Assembly: GCA_902771695.1 (NCBI GenBank)
Contig: CACXXP010000002.1
Location: forward strand, 1,958-65,957
Direction of reading: 5' to 3'
DNA from: an uncultured Pseudomonadota bacterium
Lineage (GTDB): Bacteria; Pseudomonadota; Alphaproteobacteria; Rs-D84
Length of the DNA stretch: 64,000 nucleotides
Below the pieces are notes generated by a model, which saw only the letters and a program-made list of their open reading frames with translations, ran no database searches and was not told where the DNA came from. Shown here piece by piece: positions 56,234 to 64,000 of the stretch (position 1 is the stretch's first letter; every line of letters starts with the position of its first letter). Both the position numbers and the translations under genes were made by a program.

Positions 56234-57277
56234 TTAATTATTATTTTCAAAATCTATATTCGGATTATTCTGTTTCTTGATTTCACGCCAATCTGCATGA
56301 TTTTTCAGATGCGTTTCATAATCATTGGAAAATTTATGACCACCCTTGCCGTCCGCAACAAAATACAGGTATTTTGTATCTGCTGGTTCCAACACCGCGC
56401 GAATCGCATGTGAACCAACATTGGCAATTGGTGCTGGTGGCAATCCCGCATTTCTGTATGTGTTATATGGACTGTCTATTTTAAGATGGCCACGCAACAA
56501 TGGTTCACCACGCATATCGCCATACCCATCTGTTAATGCATATATGACCGTTGGATCGGCCTGTAACCTCATCCCTTTACGCAGACGATTCAAATAAACA
56601 CTGGCAACAATTTTCATCTCACTCGTTTTTGGTGTTTCGCGTTGCACAATAGACGCCAATGTTATTACATCATCCCAACCACGCAATGGTGCCGGCGGAT
56701 TACGACGTGTGCGAATCCAATTATTTTTTATATCTTGCATTTTTTTACGTGCCAAATCCAACACGGCAAGTCGCGATGTGCCACGTGCAACATAATATGT
56801 GTCGGGAAACACATCACCATCGGCCAAATCACAAACCGCACCCCAATCACGTATGCCACTGCATTCAACATCGCCGGTTAAATCAGACGATGCCGCCAAT
56901 AAATCTTTGATTTGTAAAATGGTTAAACCTTCGGGGATAACAACTTTTATGGTTGCGATTTTTCCACGTGATAGCATTCCAGCGATTCGCCACACCGATG
57001 CACCGGCGGGTATTTCATAATCACCACTTTGTACCGCCCCGCCACGAAAACGAATCGCGAATTTAAACGCCATGTCCGATATAACCAATTTTTGTTTATC
57101 CAAACGTGACGCCACCGCCGTAACCGTATCCCCAGAATTCACGACAAATTTCACTGGCGATGACACAGGCGAATAAACACGCATCGCGAAATATATGACC
57201 GCGAAAAGCCCAATGGCAATAAGAACAAGGTATTTTCTAAAAAGCTGTTTTGAACGTCTGCGCATAACGAAAAACAT
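56234..57277 (-). CDS. mltG: endolytic murein transglycosylase MltG (YceG family)
   Basis: N-terminal TM helix, LASIVQRETP, and SPYNTYRNAGLPPAPIANVG. 347 aa. Confidence 0.85.
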   Translation of the reverse strand: MFFVMRRRSKQLFRKYLVLIAIGLFAVIYFAMRVYSPVSSPVKFVVNSGDTVTAVASRLDKQKLVISDMAFKFAIRFRGGAVQSGDYEIPAGASVWRIAGMLSRGKIATIKVVIPEGLTILQIKDLLAASSDLTGDVECSGIRDWGAVCDLADGDVFPDTYYVARGTSRLAVLDLARKKMQDIKNNWIRTRRNPPAPLRGWDDVITLASIVQRETPKTSEMKIVASVYLNRLRKGMRLQADPTVIYALTDGYGDMRGEPLLRGHLKIDSPYNTYRNAGLPPAPIANVGSHAIRAVLEPADTKYLYFVADGKGGHKFSNDYETHLKNHADWREIKKQNNPNIDFENNN

Positions 57278-57312
57278 TATTACAAATAAAATTCAATTTG
57301 CAAATGTTGATA

Positions 57313-58170
57313 TCACATTTTCCGACCGCCCTGCCCGTATATTTGTTGCGGACCTTGTTGATCAGGTGTCTGACGTTTTATGCCATCCGCGCTTCTGCGA
57401 CGCCAAACATGATTGTCGATATCATCTGATTCAAAACCATATAACCAACATGACCCGACATTATAAATATCAGACGTTTCCAGATATGCAAAACCGCCCC
57501 CATCTGCGACCGACATATTCAATAAATCTCTGAACCCGCGTCTGTCTTTGAATGATATTTTTGCATATGACATTATCCGCGGGACGCTTGGCACACCACG
57601 TGTATCCAACATAGGATTTGCCGGATCATAAATATATTGTTTACCGCCCAGCATAACAACCAAATATGCATGTGCATCGCCACCAAATTCTATTTTCGGG
57701 TTTTGACTAAAAAATGTATTACCACAACAAATCCGCGATTCAATTCCACAATGTTGCAAATATAATTGTGCCAACAAAGAACATTCTATACATGCTGCAA
57801 TCTTGTACTTATTAAATGCCTCTGACAACCACATTGGATTATCTTTGCCACGATGACTTTGTTGGAATGTTTCTCTTCTGTACGGCCGATTTGCCGCATG
57901 ATCAGGCCACATCATATGAATATAACATTGCAGATTAAATAATGTTATAAATTCATCCGCACTGATTTTTATACCACACGAATCCAGAAACTTTTTTATA
58001 TTTTCGCGAACAAATAATTTCCGACGTTCATCTATCTGTTGAAAATTGAAATTTTCCATATCCAATTTATAGTATGCGTATTCTTCCGAAAACACTTCAT
58101 TCGGTTCTAAATCCCACACCATAAATTTTTTATCTGGGTCTGCCCACCTAAAAACAGGATTCTTTTTCAT
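57313..58170 (-). CDS. transglutaminase-like cysteine peptidase-fold protein (tentative)
   Basis: AACIECSLLAQLYLQHCGIESRICCG ... GGDAHAYLVVMLGGKQYIYDPANP fits the Cys...His...Asp transglutaminase-core spacing. No signal peptide. Confidence 0.45.
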   Translation of the reverse strand: MKKNPVFRWADPDKKFMVWDLEPNEVFSEEYAYYKLDMENFNFQQIDERRKLFVRENIKKFLDSCGIKISADEFITLFNLQCYIHMMWPDHAANRPYRRETFQQSHRGKDNPMWLSEAFNKYKIAACIECSLLAQLYLQHCGIESRICCGNTFFSQNPKIEFGGDAHAYLVVMLGGKQYIYDPANPMLDTRGVPSVPRIMSYAKISFKDRRGFRDLLNMSVADGGGFAYLETSDIYNVGSCWLYGFESDDIDNHVWRRRSADGIKRQTPDQQGPQQIYGQGGRKM

Positions 58171-58257
58171 AGCATATATTATATCACAAATTAGTGTCAG
58201 CAGGTAGTATTAGTGTGGTAAATTAAAACCGCCGGATAAACCAGCGGTTTAAATTTA

Positions 58258-58334
<77 letters not shown>

Positions 58335-58373
58335 AACACACACAACAAACAAACGTTCCAAAGGAACACGCCG

Positions 58374-58401
58374 ATTATAGAACACGAATATCCTTTTGCA
58401 A
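58374..58401 (-). promoter_or_regulatory. sigma70-type promoter for tRNA-Pro
   Basis: Minus strand TTGCAA (58401-58396), 16 nt spacer, TATAAT (58379-58374). Confidence 0.55.
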
Positions 58402-58507
58402 CTTTTTTTTAATTTTTTTGTTTTTTTATTGTATTTCTGCTTGTTTTTTCCGCAGAATATTGCATTATTTATCAGTGATAAAATTTAAAATAAAAAAGAG
58501 ATTGAAT

Positions 58508-60196
58508 ATGTTCGCAACAAAGTTTTTATCAAAAGAAAAATTTACGGACTATGCGGATTATATCGCAAACGCACGGCCAATTGTCCCGGAACACTTTAAT
58601 TTTGCGTATGATGTTATTGACGAAATCGCCCGCGAAACCCCGGATAAATTGGCTATTTTATGGGTGGACGATTCGGATACAAAAATCAAGTTTACTTTTT
58701 CCGACCTGTCACGCATGTCAAATGCGGCGGCAAATTTTTTGACGTCACGCGGATTAAAGAAAGGTGACACAGTTCTGTTATTCTTGCGTCGCAGATGGGA
58801 ATATTGGATTTTAATGATGGCAATGCACAAAATCGGTGTGATTCCAATCCCATCAACCAATCAATTAAAATCCGAAGATATTAAATATCGAATTGATACC
58901 GCAGAATCGCGTGCAATTATCGCATTTGATGATGGGCATATTATAAACGAAATTAAAACCGCAATTGGCGATTCGGACGTGATGCTGATTTCCAATGACG
59001 AAGTGGCAAATTCCCTTAAGACCATGCCAGAAACATTGGAACGCATACCAAATGAAAATACAGATACCATGGTAATTTATTTTACATCGGGAACAACTGA
59101 TATGCCTAAAATGGTTGCACATAATTATATGTATCCATTGGGGCATATAAACACTGCACTGTTCTGGCAACGCCTGCATGATGGTGATATTCATTTTACA
59201 CTTTCCGAATCAGGTTGGGCAAAATGTTCATGGGGAAAAATGTACGGTCAATGGTTGGCGGGTGCAACAGTGTTTGTATTTGATGTTGCGGGTATCTTTA
59301 CTGCGCATGATTTATGGCATGTAATTTCTGACAATCATGTCACGTCTTTCTGTGCGCCACCAACAGTGTATAAAATGCTGATTCACGCAGACGTATCAAA
59401 ATATGATATTTCATCATTGGTCAAGGCAGATGTCGCGGGCGAAGCATTAAACCCCGAAGTTTACGAACGTTTCTTTAATATGACGGGAATAAAATTACAC
59501 GAAGGTTTTGGACAAACGGAAACAACAATTCAATTGTTTACAAACGAATGGATTGAACCCAAACCAGGCAGCATGGGTATGCCTGCGGCGGGATGGGATA
59601 TAAAATTACTGGACGAAGGCGGCCGTCCAATTACCGAAGACGGCAAAGTCGGTGAAATTTGTATATCATTAGAAAAAGGCCGTCCGGTTGGTATGTTTCA
59701 AAAGTATCACAAAAACGAAAAACTGACTGAACAGGCATTTCGTGACGGATATTATCACACTGGCGATGTTGCATATCGCGATGCCGATGGGTATTATTGG
59801 TTTGTTGGCCGTAATGACGATTTGATTAAATCATCTGGGTATCGTATCAGTCCGTTCGAGGTTGAAAGTGTATTGATGGAACATCCGGCGGTTCGCGAAG
59901 TTGCGGTAACGGGTATCCCCGACCCATCACGTGGCCAGGCCGTCAAGGCAACAATCGTTCTGAACAAATATTTCCAAGGAAACGATATTTTAATTCGCCA
60001 ATTACAAGATCATGTTCGCAATCGCACCGCGGCATATAAATACCCGCGTGTAATTGAATTTGTGGACAGTTTGCCAATGACAATATCAGGCAAGATTCGC
60101 CGTGCACTGATACGAACATTGGACAGTGCAAAGAAGTCAATTATTGAACCGGTGAAAAACACTATCGGTTTAGGTAAAGACGAAGAAGAAAAATAA
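58508..60196 (+). CDS. AMP-forming acyl-CoA synthetase (medium-chain/ACSM-like)
   Basis: Start moved to ATG 58508 (MFATKFLSKEKF...). AMP-binding motif YFTSGTTDMPK, YHTGDVAYRDADGYYWFVGRNDDLIKSSGYRISPFEVES, and GKIRR. Confidence 0.85.
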   Translation: MFATKFLSKEKFTDYADYIANARPIVPEHFNFAYDVIDEIARETPDKLAILWVDDSDTKIKFTFSDLSRMSNAAANFLTSRGLKKGDTVLLFLRRRWEYWILMMAMHKIGVIPIPSTNQLKSEDIKYRIDTAESRAIIAFDDGHIINEIKTAIGDSDVMLISNDEVANSLKTMPETLERIPNENTDTMVIYFTSGTTDMPKMVAHNYMYPLGHINTALFWQRLHDGDIHFTLSESGWAKCSWGKMYGQWLAGATVFVFDVAGIFTAHDLWHVISDNHVTSFCAPPTVYKMLIHADVSKYDISSLVKADVAGEALNPEVYERFFNMTGIKLHEGFGQTETTIQLFTNEWIEPKPGSMGMPAAGWDIKLLDEGGRPITEDGKVGEICISLEKGRPVGMFQKYHKNEKLTEQAFRDGYYHTGDVAYRDADGYYWFVGRNDDLIKSSGYRISPFEVESVLMEHPAVREVAVTGIPDPSRGQAVKATIVLNKYFQGNDILIRQLQDHVRNRTAAYKYPRVIEFVDSLPMTISGKIRRALIRTLDSAKKSIIEPVKNTIGLGKDEEEK

Positions 60197-60256
60197 GTGA
60201 ACAGTGGTTAGTGTTAGTGGTTAGTAAAAACGGTTGCGTTTGCGACCGTTTTTTTG
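60197..60256 (+). terminator. 3-prime cassette copy c after the acyl-CoA synthetase gene
   Basis: TAA GTGAACAGTGGTTAGTGTTAGTGGTTAGT AAAAACGGTTGC-GTTT-GCGACCGTTTTTTT. Confidence 0.8.
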
Positions 60257-60272
60257 TTCCAGATTGAACCAT

Positions 60273-60387
60273 CCCCTTCTTACAAAGAAGGGGTGGACGC
60301 GAAGCGGACGGGGTAGTTGTTGTGGGCATGTTATATTAACCACTACCCCCCGGCATGCTATGCCGTACCCCTTCGCAGGCGAAGGGG
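60273..60387 (-). repeat. G/C-stem structured repeat, copy 1 (about 115 nt)
   Basis: Hairpin 1: CCCCTTCTT-ACA-AAGAAGGGG. Hairpin 2: GGGGTAGT...ACTACCCC. Hairpin 3: CCCCTTCG-CAGG-CGAAGGGG. Alignable with 61364-61514. Confidence 0.7.
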
Positions 60388-60409
60388 ATGAAATTGCCAT
60401 GACAAAAAG

Positions 60410-60435
60410 GAACGGTTGCATTCCCGCAACCGTTC
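60410..60435 (-). terminator. bidirectional hairpin terminator after the 275-aa gene
   Basis: GAACGGTTGC-ATTCCC-GCAACCGTTC, flanked by A-runs and T-runs. Same stem sequence as the cassette hairpins. Confidence 0.7.
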
Positions 60436-60503
60436 TTTTTTTCTGTTGCCCCGATAAAATCGGAGAACCCACCACATCCAGTGTCAATAAAGGGATTCCA
60501 ACA

Positions 60504-61331
60504 CTAGTGAAAGATAGGCACAAGCCCACCACTTACACAATTACCATTCGAACACGTCTTGCCACTACCACAATCGCTATTTTTTGCACAACCACATTCA
60601 CCCGCACCGGTAAGCACACCGGCACAACATTCCGATGGCACCGTTGCACTTGCTCCCATTGGTTTACACATATACGCCGTTTGATCAACTATTGTCCATA
60701 ACGTGCAACCATCATCTTGATTTGCACATTGCAATTTTGTCGTATCCGTTGTTGGTAAATTTGTAAATCTCTCGTTCAATGCCGATGCGGTTATTAATTT
60801 ATTCGCATCATCCACACTATAACTTCCACCAGTATATAATTGGCGTTCACCAATTACACCCCCTCCCGCCACATTTGTATATGTTATTACCGTATTACCA
60901 ATATTCGTGTTCGACGGGTTCGCCGCAGGAATTTTTACCTGGCGCGTGGCGATTTGATCATCCACATACGGTTTTGATGTCGTTGCAGCATTCGATACGA
61001 ATACCGCCGTAAAAGTCAACCTATTATTCTCATCACAACCACCCACGTTATATGACTCACCAGGATATGCAACTGGACTAAACATGGTTTCGTTACTCAC
61101 ATTTGCTGTTACCGCCCAATGGCTAAATCGACTGCCTGACTTGCTGCATACTGTATTTTCTGGAATTGTTCTTATATAATAATCAGTGTTATAAACAATT
61201 TCATAATGACCAGCTACTCCACTCCCATCATCACAATCATAGTCTACATAACATGTATACTGAAACCCGCCAAACGCCCCCGTTGTATGAATCAGGGCAA
61301 CCACGCCGAATAACATTAATAATTTTTTCAT
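60504..61331 (-). CDS. secreted protein (275 aa) with Cys-rich C-terminus, paralogue of 61522-61947
   Basis: Signal peptide MKKLLMLFGVVALIHTTGAFG. Shares the core YVDDQIATRQVKIP...GERQLYTG...DANKLITASAL...KLQCANQDDGCTLWTIVDQTAY. Ends with CCAGVLTGAGECGCAKNSDCGSGKTCSNGNC. Confidence 0.6.
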   Translation of the reverse strand: MKKLLMLFGVVALIHTTGAFGGFQYTCYVDYDCDDGSGVAGHYEIVYNTDYYIRTIPENTVCSKSGSRFSHWAVTANVSNETMFSPVAYPGESYNVGGCDENNRLTFTAVFVSNAATTSKPYVDDQIATRQVKIPAANPSNTNIGNTVITYTNVAGGGVIGERQLYTGGSYSVDDANKLITASALNERFTNLPTTDTTKLQCANQDDGCTLWTIVDQTAYMCKPMGASATVPSECCAGVLTGAGECGCAKNSDCGSGKTCSNGNCVSGGLVPIFH

Positions 61332-61363
61332 CTCTCGTTCCTTTTATTTATCTTTTCCGCCGT

Positions 61364-61514
61364 CCCCTTCTTATCGGGCCCCGCAAAATTTGAAAAATTT
61401 TGTGGGTGATTTTAAAGAAGGGGTGGCACACGTAGGGTGGCGGGGTAGTTATCCATAGCCCTTTTACCACTACCCCGCAACATGCTATGCCGCACCCCTT
61501 CGCCAGCGAAGGGG
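61364..61514 (-). repeat. G/C-stem structured repeat, copy 2 (about 150 nt, with an extra nested hairpin)
   Basis: Same three stems as copy 1. The hairpin-1 loop is expanded by CCCGCAAAATTT-GAAA-AATTTTGTGGG. Ends 8 nt from the stop of the upstream gene (61522). Confidence 0.7.
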
Positions 61515-61521
61515 ATAGAAA

Positions 61522-61947
61522 TTAATTTCCATTATTATTACTGCTGTTCCCGTATACAGTTTGGTCGTCAATTGTCCACAATGTGCAATCTTGGTTCGCA
61601 CATGTTAGTTTTGATGTCTCGATGGTTGGCAAATGGTTCGCACGATAATCCAATGCATCCGCCGTCACCAATTTATTCGCATCCCCCGATGTATAGGTAC
61701 TTGAACCCGTAAATAACTGGCGTTCACCAATTGTACCCGCCGTTCCAGTGTACATAACAACCGATGTACCCGTGTTTGACGAGTTCGTACCCGATACAGG
61801 TATCTTTGCCTGGCGTGTCGCAATTTGGTCTGTGACATAGTTCACAGATGTCACCGTTTTACGCTGTGCCGGCGTTGGATCCGCCGCAAAAGATGGTAAT
61901 GTGATAATCGCGCCAACAATTGCCGCAATCGTTAATTTTGTATTCAT
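61522..61947 (-). CDS. secreted protein (141 aa), paralogue of the 60504-61331 core
   Basis: Signal peptide MNTKLTIAAIVGAIITLPSFA. Core YVTDQIATRQAKIP...GERQLFTG...DANKLVTADAL...KLTCANQDCTLWTIDDQTVY. An extended -10 TGATATAAT lies at 61990-61982. Confidence 0.6.
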   Translation of the reverse strand: MNTKLTIAAIVGAIITLPSFAADPTPAQRKTVTSVNYVTDQIATRQAKIPVSGTNSSNTGTSVVMYTGTAGTIGERQLFTGSSTYTSGDANKLVTADALDYRANHLPTIETSKLTCANQDCTLWTIDDQTVYGNSSNNNGN

Positions 61948-62058
61948 GGATTGTCCCTCTTACATTTGTTTGTTCATAAGAATTATATCAAATTTTGGGG
62001 TGGCGGGACAAGGGGAAAAAAATTATTGTCAATCAACGTTTCCTATTCGGATTTTTTT

Positions 62059-62114
62059 GGAAAAAAACGGTTGCAAACGCAACCGTTCTTACTAACCACT
62101 AACACTAACCACTA
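62059..62114 (-). terminator. 3-prime cassette copy d after fabF (the fabF TAG stop is part of it)
   Basis: Gene-sense read: TAGTGGTTAGTGTTAGTGGTTAGT AAGAACGGTTGC-GTTT-GCAACCGTTTTTTT. Confidence 0.8.
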
Positions 62115-63362
62115 TTTAACCTTTTTCATAACCAATGATGCATTGGTTCCGCCAAATCCAAATGAATTGGACAATGCGACATCAACCTTGCGTTTTTTCG
62201 CAACGTTTGGAACCAAATCGAAATCACCGACCTCGTCCACTGGGTCATGCAAATTGATTGTCGCCGGAACAATGCCATCACGTATGGCCAATGTACAGAA
62301 TATGGCCTCTACGGCACCGGCCGCCCCCAACAAGTGTCCCGTCATAGATTTCGTGGATGACATACATGCACCCGTTCCACCGAACATATTTTTGACCGCG
62401 GTCAATTCACCCATATCGCCCAGACCTGTCGATGTTCCATGTGCATTAATATAATCGACATCCGCTGGTTTTAATCCCGCATCATTCAATGCCGCCATCA
62501 TTGCACGTGCACCACCTTCGCCACCTTCGGCCGGGGCGGTTATATGATATGCATCACCCGACAGGCCGTATCCGGCAACTTCGGCATAAATTTTGGCACC
62601 ACGGGCAACCGCGTGTTCGTATTCTTCCAGAACCAATATACCCGCACCTTCGGACATAATGAAACCATCACGACCCTTGTCCCATGGACGCGATGCACTT
62701 TCAGGATCATCGTTACGTGTGCTTAACGCCTTCATGGCGGAAAATCCTGCGATACCGATTTTACCAACGGCACCTTCACATCCACCGCAAACCATTATGT
62801 CGGCATCACCATGTTGAATTAAACGGACACCTTCGCCGATACTGTGTGCACCGGTCGCACATGCCGTAACCGTTGCGATATTTGGCCCCTTGAATCCATA
62901 TTTAATAGATATATGCCCCGCCGCCATATTGATAATACATTTTGGAATAAAGAACGGACTGATATGGCGTGGACCATTGTTTGCCAATTCAATACAGTTT
63001 TCATAAATCGTATTCAAACCGCCGATACCACTGCCGACGGAAACACCAATTCTTTCTTTATCGCCGGTATATGTATCCAGCCCTGCATCACGAACGGCTT
63101 CGTCTGCGGCGACAACGCCATACAAAATACATTTGTCCATTTTGCGTTGATCACGTGGTTCAACCACCGCATCCGGATTAAACATTCCCGGTTCATCACC
63201 ACGCACCGGAACACCGGCAATTTGGCACGCCATATCGGCCTCTACTAATTCGTCAACTCTACGAACACCAGATTTTCCGGCCAAAATATTTTTCCATGCG
63301 TATTCAATTCCACACCCCACAGGTGATACAATTCCCATACCCGTGATAACGACTCTTCTCAT
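62112..63362 (-). CDS. fabF: 3-oxoacyl-ACP synthase II
   Basis: Start moved to ATG 63362 (MRRVVITGMGIVSPVG...). Active-site context ATVTACATGAHSIG, INAHGTSTGLGD, and NSFGFGGTNASLV. Confidence 0.93.
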   Translation of the reverse strand: MRRVVITGMGIVSPVGCGIEYAWKNILAGKSGVRRVDELVEADMACQIAGVPVRGDEPGMFNPDAVVEPRDQRKMDKCILYGVVAADEAVRDAGLDTYTGDKERIGVSVGSGIGGLNTIYENCIELANNGPRHISPFFIPKCIINMAAGHISIKYGFKGPNIATVTACATGAHSIGEGVRLIQHGDADIMVCGGCEGAVGKIGIAGFSAMKALSTRNDDPESASRPWDKGRDGFIMSEGAGILVLEEYEHAVARGAKIYAEVAGYGLSGDAYHITAPAEGGEGGARAMMAALNDAGLKPADVDYINAHGTSTGLGDMGELTAVKNMFGGTGACMSSTKSMTGHLLGAAGAVEAIFCTLAIRDGIVPATINLHDPVDEVGDFDLVPNVAKKRKVDVALSNSFGFGGTNASLVMKKVK

Positions 63363-63491
63363 TTTATAAATCCTTTGTAAAGTTAAACTGATGCCCCAAT
63401 CATAATATTTTTTTATGAAAAAATACAGTAAAAAAACCGCCACGCCAAGATAACACAATCGCGTGACGGTACATCTAAAATTCAGATACTA

Positions 63492-63749
63492 TTATGCAGC
63501 TTTCTTCGCATCTGCTTTTTTGGCATGTGCATCAATATATTTTACTGCATCACCCACTGTTGCCAATTTTGCAGCTTCTTCATCTGGAATTGTAATATCA
63601 AATTCTTGTTCAACGGCCATTACAAATTCAACGACGTCCAAAGAATCTGCGCCCAAATCGTTCACAAAGGCGGCCTTTTCTGTAACCTTGGATTCATCTA
63701 CGCCCAATTTTTCTACGACCAATTTTTTTACTTTTTCAAAAGTTGACAT
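63492..63749 (-). CDS. acpP: acyl carrier protein
   Basis: [22 protein letters not shown]...[20 protein letters not shown], carrying the DSL phosphopantetheine site. Has an Ala/Lys-rich C-terminal tail. Confidence 0.93.
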   Translation of the reverse strand: MSTFEKVKKLVVEKLGVDESKVTEKAAFVNDLGADSLDVVEFVMAVEQEFDITIPDEEAAKLATVGDAVKYIDAHAKKADAKKAA

Positions 63750-63866
63750 TTCATATCCTTTATTTATGTTAAACTTTTTGTCATACTTTAATGACGTTCA
63801 TGGCTAAAAATTACCATTTTATGACATCAATGTCAAGAAATTATAACAAACGATAACAAACCGACA

Positions 63867-64000
63867 TTATTCAATAATGAACAATTCTTCCAATAAATCG
63901 TTCATGTTATTACGTAAATCCTCCTTGTCACCGGCCCATACCAGATGTCGCATCATGAATTTATAAACATCATCCATCGTTAAATTTGGAATACCCGCAT
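63867..64000 (-). CDS. C-terminal 43 codons of an unidentified gene (5-prime end outside the window)
   Basis: My own translation of the open minus frame reads ...AGIPNLTMDDVYKFMMRHLVWAGDKEDLRNNMNDLLEELFIIE, with the stop at 63869-63867. It does not resemble a FabG C-terminus. Confidence 0.35.
   Translation of the reverse strand, partial: AGIPNLTMDDVYKFMMRHLVWAGDKEDLRNNMNDLLEELFIIE

Noticed and set aside
60234-60701. 155-aa plus-strand ORF spanning the structured repeat. A 103-aa minus ORF lies at 60221-60532.
   Set aside because: Both run through hairpin-rich non-coding repeats and a terminator, and into the antisense of the 275-aa gene. No RBS, and the duplicated element is conserved as DNA/RNA rather than in one frame.

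Overview
AT-rich chromosomal segment from a diderm (Gram-negative-type) bacterium, probably host- or gut-associated. That lifestyle is inferred from ankyrin repeats, Pmp-type repeats and a secreted bile-salt-hydrolase-family enzyme. The minus strand from about 31.5 to 54.3 kb carries the conserved str/S10/spc/alpha translation supercluster (rpsL-rpsG-fusA-tuf-rpsJ ... rpmD-rplO-secY-rpsM-rpsK, then rpoA-rplQ). Next come two paralogous beta-barrel OMP genes, mltG, a transglutaminase-like gene, tRNA-Pro, an acyl-CoA synthetase, two paralogous secreted proteins, fabF and acpP. The left 31 kb encodes small envelope and metabolic genes: two tandem kinase-like paralogues, a GT8 glycosyltransferase, a serine hydrolase, an ART-like/HD fusion, SemiSWEET, a histidine phosphatase, a choloylglycine-hydrolase-family enzyme and DUF1015. 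It also carries tRNA-Gln and many very large signal-peptide proteins that I cannot assign to a named family. The main finding is that family: at least five proteins share a C-x6-C-x4-C cysteine module, a C-x-E-W-[ND] module and glycine-zipper hydrophobic segments. They sit at 20.2-31.3 kb, with related genes at 7.5-12.1 kb, and one set is inserted between rpsK and rpoA with its own terminators and promoters. Other findings: an unknown ORF embedded between rpmD and rplO; a reused 3-prime cassette of TAGTG repeats (stops in all three frames) plus a conserved AACGGTTGC hairpin terminator, four oriented copies; and a 115-150 nt G/C-stem structured repeat after each of two paralogous genes. I saw no rRNA, CRISPR array, transposase, integrase or prophage genes. 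Start codons were re-picked by eye where the ORF track clearly over-extends. Promoters and terminators are motif calls made by eye only.
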